NCBI RefSeq assembly: GCF_001447785.1
Contig: NW_015168102.1
Span: 1-64,000, forward strand
Length of the DNA: 64,000 bases
Direction of reading: 5' to 3'
Source: Gekko japonicus
Lineage: Eukaryota
The notes under the pieces are model-generated. The model was not told the DNA's origin. It was given only the letters and a program-made list of their open reading frames with translations, and did no database searches. Shown piece after piece: positions 1 to 12,726 of the stretch. Numbering within the stretch: the first letter of the stretch is position 1; every line of letters starts with the position of its first letter. A program made the position numbers and the translations under genes.

Positions 1-682
1 GCCAGGCCAGGTGCTCCAGCAGAATTAATTGGATGCTTTCCCACTAGCAATCTGCAAACAAAGGTCCATCAGAGCAACCAAGGCTGTCCCTGTTCCACGT
101 AGAATTGCCAGATAGCAGCCTTTTGGAGGTTGGAACATTTAAGGAATGGAGACCGGGGAAATGCCATCAGTCATCCCCCGTTTTGCTCTTGTCTCTCCAC
201 TGAGCAAGGGTGGGGGGGGAAGCAATGGAGGTGGAAGGTTGCTGCAGGTAAATAAATAATAAATATAGCTGAAGATGGGAGAGCAGGTAAAAGGTTGCTG
301 AGTGGGTGGAAAGGAGAGAAGGAAACAAAGAAGGCTGAGGATATGGGGGTTGTCAAGTGGAGGGAAAGGGGAAATAATGTGGGAAAGTAGAGACAAGAGG
401 AAATGGGGGCCCTTTACAAGTACTTGCAGGTTCCCCACTGTGCAAGTGGGTGCCCCCTGGCAACTGGCACTGCACAACTCAGCCATAGTTTGCCTGAGTA
501 GAGGGTGCCAGGGGCAGGGTGGGGTGGAAAACTGAAGATGGGGAGAAGATAAAGGTAGGTTGGCTGGTGGAAGGGAAGGAGGCAGGAAGGGGGGACTGTG
601 GGGGCTTTCAAGGAAGGGAAATGGGAAAATAGAGAAGGAGAGGGAAATTCACCCAACAAGTCCTTGCAGGTTCCTGATTGTA
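1..682 (+). mobile_element. Degenerate purine-rich non-autonomous element with two Helitron-like 3' hairpin ends
   Basis: Two related units ending ACAAGTACTTGCAGGTTCCC (~416-436; CAAGTACTTG is palindromic) and ACAAGTCCTTGCAGGTTCC (~656-674). Family assignment is from pattern memory only. Confidence 0.3.
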
Positions 683-705
683 ATTCCTGTTTGAGGTTTC
701 CTCAC

Positions 706-800
706 CTTAATCCTGCAAGATATTATCTATCAGGATGCACAAGGCTCTAAGTCTTAATCCTGCAAGATATTATCGATCAGGCTGCACAAGGCTCTAAGTC
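706..800. repeat. 47-bp tandem duplication (2 copies)
   Basis: CTTAATCCTGCAAGATATTATC(T/G)ATCAGG(A/C)TGCACAAGGCTCTAAGT at 706 and 753. Confidence 0.95.
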
Positions 801-1007
801 ACATCCCTTTCAGCCTAGTGCACAGGGAATGTTTAGTCTAACATCATCCTGTTAGTTTTATGGCTAGGAAGGGACTGGACATATTTGTTACATGCTACAT
901 AGACATAGTTCTCCAAACATACAAAAATTCTCCCAAGTAGCAAAATTTATGTTGAATGTGGCAAACAAGAGCATGGGGGGGGGGGAAGCAGGAACTATTC
1001 TAAAAGG

Positions 1008-1609
1008 NNNNNNNNNNNNNNNNNNNNNNNNNNNNNNNNNNNNNNNNNNNNNNNNNNNNNNNNNNNNNNNNNNNNNNNNNNNNNNNNNNNNNNNNNNNNN
1101 NNNNNNNNNNNNNNNNNNNNNNNNNNNNNNNNNNNNNNNNNNNNNNNNNNNNNNNNNNNNNNNNNNNNNNNNNNNNNNNNNNNNNNNNNNNNNNNNNNNN
1201 NNNNNNNNNNNNNNNNNNNNNNNNNNNNNNNNNNNNNNNNNNNNNNNNNNNNNNNNNNNNNNNNNNNNNNNNNNNNNNNNNNNNNNNNNNNNNNNNNNNN
1301 NNNNNNNNNNNNNNNNNNNNNNNNNNNNNNNNNNNNNNNNNNNNNNNNNNNNNNNNNNNNNNNNNNNNNNNNNNNNNNNNNNNNNNNNNNNNNNNNNNNN
1401 NNNNNNNNNNNNNNNNNNNNNNNNNNNNNNNNNNNNNNNNNNNNNNNNNNNNNNNNNNNNNNNNNNNNNNNNNNNNNNNNNNNNNNNNNNNNNNNNNNNN
1501 NNNNNNNNNNNNNNNNNNNNNNNNNNNNNNNNNNNNNNNNNNNNNNNNNNNNNNNNNNNNNNNNNNNNNNNNNNNNNNNNNNNNNNNNNNNNNNNNNNNN
1601 NNNNNNNNN
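1008..1609. other. Assembly gap (N run)
   Basis: 602 consecutive N. Confidence 1.
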
Positions 1610-1672
1610 AGCACCGCAACCCTAGAGTTGGATTCGACTGGCTTTCGAGCAAGGGAACCTTTACCTTCACCT
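1610..1672 (+). mobile_element. Sauria SINE 3' end (abuts the gap)
   Basis: GCACCGCAACCCTAGAGTTGGATTCGACTGG...GGAACCTTTACC matches the other copies. Confidence 0.85.
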
Positions 1673-1801
1673 TAAACATTTATTAATTTATTTATTTTTC
1701 AAATTTCTACCCCGCCCTCCCAGCCGAAGCCGGCTCAGGGCAGTTTACATCAAAACAGATAAATTACATTAAAACATAGGTTACAATTAAAACAATTCTA
1801 A

Positions 1802-2153
1802 AGCTGTGGTGGCTCAAGTGGTTAAGACGCTGAACTGCAGGCTGTGGAAGGTCAGTAGTTCAGCGGTTCAAGACCCGGGTGCTGCAAGACAGGGTGAGCT
1901 CCTGTCTCTAGTTCCAGCTCCTGCCAACCTAGCAGTTCGAAAGCAAGAAATTGCAAGTAGATAAATAGGGACCACTTCGGTGGGAAGGTAACAGCGTTCC
2001 ATGCGCCTTGGTGTTTAGTCATGCCGGCCACATGACCACGGAAACGTCTTCGGACAGCGCTGGCTCTTCGGCTTTGAAACGGAGATGAGCACCGCAACCC
2101 TAGAGTCGGATTCGACTGGCTTTCGAGCAAGGGAACCTTTACCTTTACCTTTA
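1802..2153 (+). mobile_element. Sauria SINE (Squam1), near full length
   Basis: tRNA-like head (GGTGGCTCAAGTGG, GTTCAAGACC), CCAGCTCCTGCCAACCTAGCAGTTCGAAA core, BovB-like AGAGTCGGATTCGACT, (ACCTTT)n tail. Confidence 0.92.
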
Positions 2154-2676
2154 AAGCCATAATAAGGTGCTAGTAGTCGTTGTTGTTCGTATGATGGTAG
2201 CAGCCATCATTCAGAGTTCTCAGCTCGCAGTCAGCTCACAGTGTTCATTTTGATTGTCCTTGCAGTGCTGGCTCTTCTTTAGGCTGTCGGTGGCAATTTC
2301 CAGCATTTTGGTAGGAATCACTGTCCTTTAAGAGCTGGAGAAATGCAATAACAATTTTTTAATTAAACGAAGGATAAAGGCATTGTGTGAAGAACAAATC
2401 CAGTGCCAAAAGGGAGAGAAATAGCCCTAATGGTGTGCAGAAACAAATAGCCATATTAAGATGAGAGGACAGAACCAGCAGCCAACCGAAGCCTGCCTCT
2501 GCATATGCCAGGCCCTGAGAGTTTGGAGCTAGAGCAGTGGATTAGCTTTCCCTTCCCATAGGGAATGCTCTCTTTTCCTGTGCCTAACAAAAGCCTGACT
2601 TGAGTTGCAGGCACATCAGGCAGATCAGCACCTTTCCTGTATGGGCGAGCATCGAATGTGGGTTAGTGGTGCTTAT

Positions 2677-2868
2677 ACACATGAACACATGATGCTGACT
2701 TACACTGAATCAGGTCAGTGTTGTCTGCTCTGGCTGGCAGTGGCTCTCCAGGGTCTCAGGGTCTTTCACATCATCTACTACCTGACCCTTTTAGCTGCAG
2801 ACACCAGGGATAGAACCTGGAACCTTCTGCATGCCAAGTAGATGTTCTACTGCTGAGCCATGACCCCT
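2677..2868 (-). mobile_element. tRNA-head SINE (Squam2-like); related copies at ~10846-11035 (-) and ~40045-40175 (+)
   Basis: Shared GGCAGTGGCTCTCCAGGGTCTCAGG...CTTTCACATCA...GGGATAGAACCTGG motifs. Confidence 0.6.
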
Positions 2869-3166
2869 CCCTCCCCATAGCACTTCTACACTATGCAGCT
2901 CTTACTGCATGGCAATGGGAAATCACTGGACTGAGATGATTGCTTTTCTGACCTTTCTGTTCCATGTGGTACATGTATAAGTGGTTGCTTCTATAGGACA
3001 CTCCTGAATATCTGCATTTCTAATCTTGCAAACTGTCTCTGTTAGTAAGTAGAGTTACAGTAGAAACTGCCTGTGCAGTATGCATTGCTCTCTGTATCGT
3101 GCTTGTCCATAAGGGTGCAAAATTGATATTTATTTGCAATTGCTAGTGATTTGAAACCAACAGAGT

Positions 3167-3485
3167 AAGAACATAAGAGAAGCCAATGTTGGATCAGGCC
3201 AATGGCCTATCTAATCCAACACTCTGTCACACAGTGGCCAAAAATACCAGGTGCCATCAAGGGGTCCAGCAGTGGGGCCAGGACACTAGAAGCCCTCCCA
3301 CTGTTGCCCCCCCCCCCCAAGCACCAAGAATACAGTACATCACTTGCCCCAGAGCGAGAGTTCCTATCTATACCTTGTGGCTAATAGCCACTGATGGACA
3401 TCTGCTCCATATGCTTATCTAATTCCCTCTTGAAGCTGTCCATGCTTGTAGCCGCCGCCACCTCCTGTGGCAGTGAATTCCATGT
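3167..3485 (-). mobile_element. CR1 LINE 3' end; related copy at ~4565-4706 (+)
   Basis: Matches the 3' tail of the CR1 at 14085-14293 (...GGCTTCTCTTATGTTCTT). Confidence 0.8.
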
Positions 3486-6400
3486 TGGATGGGTGGAAGA
3501 ATTTCCACCTTTAGAGTACAACTTTCTGTGTTCCCCTCTCCTGCTGCATCCTGACCCTCTCCCTGTGCTGTTTCTGGGAGCAGCATCTGGGTGATATTTT
3601 GAGCTGCAGCAGGAAGGGGGGAAAGAAAGAAAGAAATGTATGCAAGGAAATGCTCCATTAATCTACGCTATTATCCTATGTGGCTTACTTTCTTGCAGGA
3701 AATGTTTGCTAAATATTTGAGCTTTATGGAGGAGAAAGTATCCTCAGTTTTTAAAAGATTTTTTTTCTTTTGGGTAATTCATATTAAATGATATTTAAAA
3801 TAGTTCAAATGAAGGAAAAACAATTAACACCATTTTCCAAAATGGACATGACCATAACCCATTTTTTTTTATGGTCGTCAGCTTCCGAGATGTGAATGGT
3901 TGAGATACGTTTCACCACCTTCTTTTTTCTGCCAGTATTTAAAATGTAGTGGTTTCAGATTTTCTTCTTTAGCTAAATTATGTGAATGTAGAAGGTCTCC
4001 TCCCTCTTCTAGAAGGTAGTTTGAAATTAAGTACATCACTATATACTTTGACTGATGCTCCTCTGTTTTGGATAAGAAAAATGATCTCAGCCACTTCACA
4101 AGGCCACATCACTTATTGCTGCATAAGATTATCTGTTGTGGAGTCAAATGAGGCCTTTCCTTTGCAAATCTATATGTCATTGCGCTAACTAAACTAACTG
4201 GTACAAGAACGTTAACATTCTGATTCGCCCACCTTCTCCTCTCCTGGCGGCAAAGTTGCCCCTCTTGGCCTGCATGTGCTCCACCTGCCAAGAGAGCCTG
4301 TCTCTCCAGTGAATGAACTGGCCGTCCCGCTCAGTGAGTCTGCCCCTTGATGCGTGAATCACTCATGGTCGCCAACATGTGGACCCTTCTACTCTCCCTG
4401 CAGAAGCATGTCAGCAGATCAGGAGAGTTACGTCTACTGTGGTCATGTCAAGGCTTGTTTACTATGATGAATTCTATGTGGGGCTGCCTTTGAATACTTC
4501 ACAGAAGTGTCAGGTGGCCCAAACCACTGCAGCAAGTGTGTGAACAGAGGTGTGCTGCAGCCAATAGTGGGAGGGCTTCCAATGTCCCGGCCCCACTGGT
4601 GGACCTCCTGATGGCACCTGGTATTTTTGGCCACTGTGTGACAGAGTGTTGGACTAGATGGGCCTTTGGCCTGATCCAACATTGGCTTCTCTTATGTTCT
4701 TATGTTAGCAATCAGCTTGCCCCTCTGTTGGCTACCACTTTGTTTCTGGGCATGATTCAAAGTGCAGGTTTGAATCAAGAACTGAAAGATCATATCATGT
4801 ATACTTGATATTTAATCAAGATGATCTGAAAGATCAGCAATTCTATATGAGTCCTCGGCTGATATTTTCAGGAGATGCCCTTGTGCCTTTCAAGGTAAGG
4901 TAGGAAAAGACAAGGGCTAGGGGCTGGGCACTCTCAGTGGTGGCACCACACCTCCTGGCGCCGTTCTCCCTTGAGGGTCATGCGGAGCGTTCTTTATTTG
5001 TGTTTAGGCTACAGGTGAAGACTGTGTTGTTTCCTTCTGCTTTTATTTTAATTGAAACAGGGTTTGTCCTCCCATGTTTTTTGTTGCCCTGTGGATCGAT
5101 TCGCTCTCCTACACTGCTATTTTTAAGAGACAGAAGTTGCTGCTGCATATATTTGGGTTTTACAATTTAAATAGCTGCTATCCACCTCTGTTTTAATTGC
5201 TGCTGTTTCAGTGTAACATAGTTAAATGGTTAATAATCTAGTACTTCCATGATGGTGCTTTTAACGCATTGTGATTTTGAATATCAGGAAAAGCAGGGTG
5301 ATAACATTTTGAAGGAGTTAATACATGCACATAAATATTTGTCTCCCTATGTATGCACATGTGTCAGAAAGCGGTTATTTCTGTGCAATCCCAGTGTTCT
5401 TGAGTGCTGCAGTTGTGTTTTGGAGACCTTCTGAATTTTCAGTCAATACTTCCCCCCCACACCTCCTCCCCTCTTTTGTCTTTTGGTAACAGCATTTGGC
5501 ATTTCCCGGACAGCCCGGACTCCATAAGGCCTCAGAGTCTGAATGCTAGAACGGCTTGAACACTGCCTGCTGAGACTGAAGAAGAACTTGAGTGAAAATA
5601 ATCCTCTCCTTTGTTCTGCTTGGTTTGCTTTTTGTTTGCCTGACAGATGTTCGGCCCCTGTGCGTGTGCACAGAACGAAGAGTCGCCAGGCCCTGTGATC
5701 AGTCAGCTTATTGATTTCAGAATATCCCCATGCTGCTTATCAGCACCACTCAACACAGGCAAGGCTTCTGGGCCTGAAACCTCTCTCTCATCTCCCTTCC
5801 CCCTTTTCCTGCTCTCTCTCCCCTGTCCCCAACATACACAGACTGACGCATGATTTGGGAGACCTCCTATTGTGAAGCTCCAGGGGACAGCAGACCTTCC
5901 CCCTTTTTTGGACCCCTGTGCAACTTGAAATGGTGGGAGGGGGGAGAGGAAATTCTGTCAAACAGGCAGATGTGATGATGTGTATTGATGTGTCGTGACA
6001 TGTTGTTTCAAAAGGGATGGAAAGATTTGGAGCAGGGAGCAGGCCTATATTTTTTACAGGCCTGTCTTCATTGGATCTGACTAATTGACATATGGATGGA
6101 AGGCATCATTCTCAATGTGGTGAAACACACCTCACAATCTTTTGGATGGATGGATGGATCTTTCCCATGTATATATTTGTCTCTTTCCCTTAACAATGAG
6201 GTGTTTTGCGTCTCCCTTTCCCAACTGGCAAGTCTGTATAAAGAATCTACCTGAGACTTTCTGGAGATACAACTGAATATTCAGTTATCTGGTTTCCTTC
6301 CCAAAAATCTAATACTCCCATCCCCAATGCTGAGAAATATTTATCCTGGATAGCTTTGGGGAAGGGTGGCTGTCTAAGTCTGGTGACTCCACTCAATCAA

Positions 6401-7599
6401 TGAACCACACAGGCACAAACAATAAGGCTCACAAGAGCATCTTTCTAGCAAAGGGTTAAACCAAGGGCAGGGAATGCAGCCAGCCTACAGTCATGTGAGG
6501 TCCAAGGAATCTAGAATAGAAGAGGTTAAACAAGTTCGCTCAAGCAGCAGCAGCAGCAAGTAGCACGTAATGATGTCTCATGAGCTCCTGAGCTGGGACA
6601 TCTGGAGATGAAATTGCAAGCTGAGTCTCTGCCTGTAGAGGACGTGCACTTCCCCCCCTCTAGGTGACATTACCAGCAGGCATTTTTTCATCAGAACAGA
6701 GACATCCTAGCCCAATGCCACTGTCAGTACCTTTGTGGAAAATCCCTTCCCTTAAATGTTTATTTCAAATAATCTACTTTTTAATACAAAAGTATTTTTT
6801 GGAAAGAAGGGTCTCCCTTTTGTCCCCAAGCAAAACTGTTTTGTTTCCAGAAATTATTTTTTCCTATCAGTGTATTTGAGCTAAAAAAAAGTGTTTGTGG
6901 GGGTCTTGTTTTAATAGTGTGTAGCGATGCAAACATGAAATAGGTGCCGCAGTTTTAGTGTAAAGGAACACAAGACCCCGCCTGGTTCTGGTTAAGTTGA
7001 ACAGCTCCTGAGTACACAAGGATGGGAGAGAAATTGAACATCTCTCTGTCTAGAACAGCTGTTAAAACTGTCAAACAGTCTCAATGTCCATTTGGCTGAA
7101 GCTGTAAATGTAGCACTAACGAGATTGCGCCTGCTCTGCCGGCTAGCAAATAAACACCTTCTGTGCTGACATGTTTGTTGCCACATCTGCTTAAGAAATG
7201 GGATTAACTATCTGCTTAATGTCACACTTCATTATGCTGCAGTTAAAGGATACCTCCAACCAAACTGCGGAGAGCTGCTGTGGGGGGGGGGGGGGGATGA
7301 CTGCCAGTGCCAAGCATGAGATTCGTGAGAAGGATGGTTTCCCTGAAATCCAATATGAACAAAATACCTCATGCACAACAGGTATGACAATAGCTTTTGT
7401 TTACTATCATGTGAGGGCCTATCAAGTTACACAGATCCCTTCATCACAAATGGAAAGACAGCTTATTTTCAGAGATGGTAGAGATCAAAATTGGCCAGGA
7501 TCCATAGCACTGGGAGCAGAAGAGGAAAAAAAAATACCATTTGTGCTGTTCCGCATGACCCTTTAAAGCCCTCAGTAGTAGTAGTAGTAGTAGTAGTCA

Positions 7600-7668
7600 C
7601 GGCCTGGCGTGATCTGGTCCATGGGGTCGCGAAGAGTCGGACTCGACTGTGTGACTGAACAACAAAAA
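7600..7668 (+). mobile_element. BovB (RTE) LINE extreme 3' end
   Basis: GGCCTGGCGTGATCTGGTCCATGGGGTCGCGAAGAGTCGGACTCGACT...ACTGAACAACAA, same as the 63008 copy; TSD-like AGTCAC(A/G)GC. Confidence 0.8.
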
Positions 7669-8045
7669 AGTCACAGCAAGGGGTAGCTCTAGACCACTGG
7701 TCTTCACCTAGCTGGTCTTACCTTACACACCTCACCTGAATGCAGGCCATAAAAATGATGTCACTGCCATTTTAAGGAATTTTTTTTTAACAAAAGGGGA
7801 AAGATGAAGCGAAAGAGTAAAGGGAACCCCCCCCCCCCCATTCCCAAAAAAAAAAAAACTGTGCGACTGAACAACAAAAAAGTCACGGCAAGGGGTAGCT
7901 CTTGGTCTTCACCTGGCTGGTCTTACCTTACACACCTCAGCTGAATGCAGGCCATAAAACTGATGTCACTGCCATTTTAAGGATTTTTTAAAACAAAGGG
8001 GGAAAGATGAATCAAAAGAGTAAAGGGAAACCCCCCCCCATTACC
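7646..8045. repeat. ~212-bp direct duplication (2 diverged copies)
   Basis: Units start at 7646 and 7858 and are separated by an A-run; several SNPs and a 7-bp indel. Confidence 0.9.
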
Positions 8046-8526
8046 AGAATATGCATCTGCCAAGGAATCACTGCTATTTCAGAGCATACTGTGCTTTAGG
8101 CTATGTCCTCCTCTGAGTATGGCACTCACAGGTGGGCTTGTTGGCTTTCTCCAGTGCCCTACATGAGCTGGAAATGTATCCTACAAGGTATACTAAACCC
8201 CCATAAAATTGTACAGTGCAGGAGAAGATCATGTAGTAGGGACAAACTGTCTTTTAGGGAAGTTTGCCCACCATTATTGACCTTCTGTGGCGAGGGAACA
8301 CTTGTTAGATTGAGGGAATGTGCAACCTCTGTCCACAGTGTTTTGTCCATGATGGCTCCTTCACATATGCAGTTCATCAGTTGGCAAATGGTGACACTGA
8401 TGAACAGGACACCTGAAAGGTCTCAGGAGAAGCATGGCCATTGGAAGGACTGCCCTAAAAGACACAGATAGTTTTGTTCTTTGGGAAGAGGGGAGTTGAA
8501 AGCATTCACCGCTTTGCAGACATTAA

Positions 8527-8882
8527 GGAGCTGCGGTGGCTCAAGTGGTTAAGACGCTGAACTGCAGGCTGTGGAATGTCGGTAGTTCAGCAGTTCGAGA
8601 CCCGAGTGTGCCGCATGACGGAGTGAGCTCCCGTCTCTAGTTCCAGCTCCTGCCAACCTAGCAGTTCGAAAGCAAGAAATTGCAAGTAAATAAATAGGTA
8701 CCACTTTGGTGGGAAGGTAACAGCGTTCCATGCGCCTTGGTGTTTAGTCATGCCGGCCACATGACCGTGGAAACGTCTTCGGACAGCGCTGGCTCTTCAG
8801 CTTTGAAACAGAGATGAGCACTGCAACCCTAGAGTCGGATTCGACTGGCTTTCGAGCAAGGGAACCTTTACCTTTACCTTTA
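8527..8882 (+). mobile_element. Sauria SINE, full length
   Basis: Same diagnostic head, core and (ACCTTT)n tail. Confidence 0.92.
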
Positions 8883-8934
8883 AACTGCAGAGCTGACCTT
8901 GGCTTAGACATCTTCTCATTGTGGAGATTACAAG

Positions 8935-9195
8935 GAGGAGGAGGAGGAGGAAATTGGATTTATACCCTGCCCTTCACTACCCAAAGGAGTCTCAAGAGTG
9001 GCTTACAATCTCCTTTCCCTTCCCCTCCCCACAACAGACGCCCTGTGAAGTAGGTGGGGCTGAGAGAGCTCACTCGAGAACTGCCCTTGAGAGAACAGTT
9101 CTGAAAGAACACCAGCAGCTGCATGTGGAGTAGTGGGGAATCAAACCTGGTTCTCCCAGATTAGAGCCTACACTCTTAACCACTATGCCAAATTG
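8935..9195 (-). mobile_element. Squam3-like SINE (tRNA head, L2-like tail); related copies at ~20318-20530 (-), 39153-39417 (+), ~47375-47495 (-)
   Basis: Shared CCCCACAACAGACACCCTGTGAGGTAGGTGGGGCTGAGAGAGCTC core and (CTT)/(CCT) tail. Confidence 0.7.
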
Positions 9196-10445
9196 TTTAT
9201 TGATTGATTGATTCGATTGGATTTGTATACCACCCTCCCCATAGACGGGCTCAGGGCGGTTCACAACAATCTCAGTACAATGTCATTAAAACAACAATTT
9301 AACAACAATTAAAACAGTAAAACCATAAAATACCGTGCCAAAAAAGCCAGTTCTGATGTCAATTCAGCAATATTGATGTTAAAATCCAGGTCACAGATGT
9401 CAATTCAGCAGTACCAATGTTAAAATCCAGGCTAATGAAGGGGAGATAGCCAGGAGAGAAGAGGGATGTCCACTGCCTCAACCAAAAGCCCAGTGGAAGA
9501 GCTTCATCTTGCAGGCCCTGCAGAATTGTAATAGATCCCGCAGGGCCCTGATCTCATACGGGAGCTCATTCCGCCAGGTGGGGGACAGGGCCGAAAAAGC
9601 CCTGGCACCAGTTGAGGCTAGTCGGACGTCCCTGGGGCCGGGGACTGCTAGAAGATGTTGATTCATAGACCTCAGTGTCCTCTGGGGCTCATATGGGGAG
9701 AGGCGGTCTCGAAGGTATGCTGGCCCCTGGCTGTATAGGGCTTTAAAGGTAAGTACCAGCACCTTGAAACAGGTCCAGAATTCAATAGGCAGCCAGTGCG
9801 GTTCATGCAGGACTGGGTGGATGCGAGCCCGCACAGGCGTCACCGTCAACACCCACGCTTCGGCATTCTGCACTAGCTGCAACTTCTGGAGCAGGGTCAA
9901 GGGCAGCCCCATGTAGAGAGAGTTACAATCGTCCAGTGTGAAAAGTGACCATTGCATGAGTCACTGGAGCTAGGTCTCGTGGGGTGAGATACGGGGCCAA
10001 CTGCCTGATCTGCCTCGGATGAAAAAAGGATGACCTGGCAATGGTGGTGACCTGGGTCTCCATGGAGAGGGAGGCATCTAGGAACACCCCCAGGCTCTTC
10101 ACCCTTGACACTGGCACCAATGGAGCCCCATCGAAGGTTGGGAGCCTGATCCCCTGACCCAATCCCCCGTGTCTCAGGTACAGGACCTCCGTCTTAGATG
10201 GATTTAGCTTCAGTCGGCTCTGTCGCAACCATCCAGCCACGGTCTGTAACACCCCGTCCAGATCACATGGGGCCACATCCAGGCAGCCATTCCATCTGCA
10301 TACTGGAGACAACCCAGCCCATACCCTTGGATAATCTGGGCAAGGGGGTGCATGTAGATATTGAACAACATGGGGGAGAGAATTGCTCCCTGTGGCACAC
10401 CACATTCCAGCAGGTGCTGTTGAGACAACTCCCCCCCCCCCAAGT
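9195..10445 (-). mobile_element. L2 LINE, 5'-truncated, degenerate RT
   Basis: Frameshifted GVPQGAILSPMLFNIYM, YAD, LKLNPSKTEVL, DCNSLYMGLP..LQLVQNA, HWLPI motifs; L2-type 3' tail. Confidence 0.9.
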
Positions 10446-11111
10446 GCCACCCTCTGTCCCCTACCCTAGAGAAGCCAGGTCAGCCTTTGCAGTGCTGCCT
10501 CCGGCTCAGTGTAAGGCAGTTTCCTCTGTGTTCACATGCTTAAAGGCGCTGAAGGTAATATACAGTCTAAAACCCAATATCACACTTCAGTTGAAAACTA
10601 CATCTAATTGAAAACGGTGACACAACCAATTGGGATATCATGGTTTGCGCTTCCTAGATCCTGCTCAAGATCTGCACGAGAGTGATGCTGTGCAGTTTGC
10701 AGGAAAACTTCCCACTGGCCTCTTCCCATATTTACATGTCATGCGGAGTGCTGAGACTTTTGTGTTTGTTATTTCGAACAATAGTCAAAGAGCCAGACTA
10801 AGTATTTGTAACTGCTGTGATTAAGAGCATTGCTCCAATGATTAAACATGAACATAAGAAGCTGTCTTCTACTGTATCAGACCATTGGTCCATCAGGATC
10901 AGCAGAGTCTACTCAGACAGGCAGTGGCTGTCCAAGGTCTTTCGCATCACCTGATCCTTCTGATGGAAGAGGCCAGGGACAGAACCTGGGACATTCCGTG
11001 TGCCAGGTAGATGATCTGCCACTGTGACATGGCTCTTTTCAGTGATTAAATATGTCTTTTACACAGTGCAATCCTGAATAGAGTTGCACCCATTGAAGAC
11101 AATGGATTAGA

Positions 11112-11439
11112 TGTTAAGACGCTGAGCTGCAGCTCGGAAGGTCTGTAGCTCGGCAGTTCGAGACCCGAGCGTGCCGCCTGACAGAGTGAGCTCCCATCTC
11201 TGGCTCCAGCTCCTGCCAACCTAGCAGTGCGAAAGCAAGAAATTGCAAGTAGATAAATAAGTACTGCTTCAGTGGGAAGGTAACAGCATTCCGTGCGCCT
11301 GGGCATTTTGCCATGCTGGCCACATGACCACGGAAATGTCTTCGGACAGTGCTGGCTCTTCGGCTTTGAAACGGAAATGAGCACCATCCCCTAGAGTCAG
11401 ATTCGACTGGCTTCCAAGCAAGGGAAACCTTTACTTTTA
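11112..11439 (+). mobile_element. Sauria SINE (more diverged subfamily)
   Basis: Same core and tail with more substitutions. Confidence 0.88.
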
Positions 11440-12726
11440 ATTGAGTTTGGGAGAGCACTGTCAAAGTGTCTTCACAGGGCCTTTTTTTAAAATCACTGCA
11501 AGGTTCTACTGTGCAGCCACCTCATCCAGTCTATGCAATGGCTTCACCCACCTGCCCACTGTACTTTTCACTTTTGAGGTTTTCTGGGAGTTTGATTAGG
11601 CTGGCCATCGAATCTGCAGAAAGATGGGTTTCATGCACATATGATTAGTAGATGCTTCCAAAAGCTCACATAATCTCTTCTTGGGGAACATTTGTGTAAA
11701 AAAATAATAATCAACATTGGGTGTTCAGATCAAAATCAGGAGCCCTGACTGTCAGTATCCCAGAACTATCTGGTTGGAATCCATTCCCCCCCTCAGTCAG
11801 GCTTGGTTTCTGTACCATGTACAAGAATGTAAACCGAAATTTTGAATGTGGGTGCTATTGAAATAAAAATGTAAAATTCATGTGCTGAAAATATATTAAA
11901 TTTAAAAAAGAGAACCATTGCAAGCCTCTTTCATTGTGTAAAATGGATTTGCCATATATAAGTCGGTGCTATAATTTATATCACTAATGCTGCATACATC
12001 CCCGTTTTGTGGATGACAAATTTCCATTGTGTATTTGAGACCTACTAGATTTCTGACCTGACATTCTTTTTGTCAATATATGTGTAAAAGATCTGTGGCA
12101 GAGCCAGAAAGGCAAAAGTCTTTTTCATACAAGATTCTTTGAAGTGTTTTTGAAAATCCCATATTCATCTTTATGCCATGTGTGAATGTCTCAAATGTAG
12201 AACAGAACAGGAAGAGAAACTGAATGAATATTTTCACCCATGTAGGTTCTGCATTTACAGTCTTATGTAAGACAAAGTCAGTTGAAATACCATGAAAGAT
12301 TCCGCAGGCTGGTCAAAATGGGGAAGTGGAACAAAATAGAAAAGAGCTCCTTGAATTTTGGACGCACTGCAAAAATGTTTCCCAATGTGGCAACAGTAAC
12401 TCAATGCTGCCATCTGTTGCCTGCTTCTGATAGTGCACCTGGCTAAAGCCTCACACTCTGGACAAAATGCATGAACTGACTTATTTGAACAGCACTGTAT
12501 CCTAGGTGGCATGAGTATACAGTCTGTGCTGCTGTATTTCTGATAGCTCATTTATACTTGATATTTAACATCAAGGTTTGGCTCAGATGTGCATATGCAA
12601 CATTTCTCTGTCTTGATTACTGTACTCTCGTGGAAGGTTCATTCCTTGATGACTACAACACCAAATAATGGCTTTTGTATGTGAAAGCTAGAACACCACA
12701 GTTAGAGCTTTGATATGCCCTTGCAT

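Noticed and set aside
706-800. Short direct repeats as a possible CRISPR-like array
   Set aside because: Two-copy tandem duplications with no spacers, in vertebrate DNA
888-1686. Three long ORFs in the track
   Set aside because: Artefacts of the N gap
1852-2160. Recurrent '[19 protein letters not shown]' ORF, also at 21577, 49555 and 60851
   Set aside because: Antisense reading of Sauria SINE copies, not a gene family
3690-4110. Exon-like segment (ttgcag|GAAATG...) and the 73-aa minus-strand ORF 3878-4099
   Set aside because: No recognisable protein similarity (not FAM120B as far as I can tell) and no partner exons
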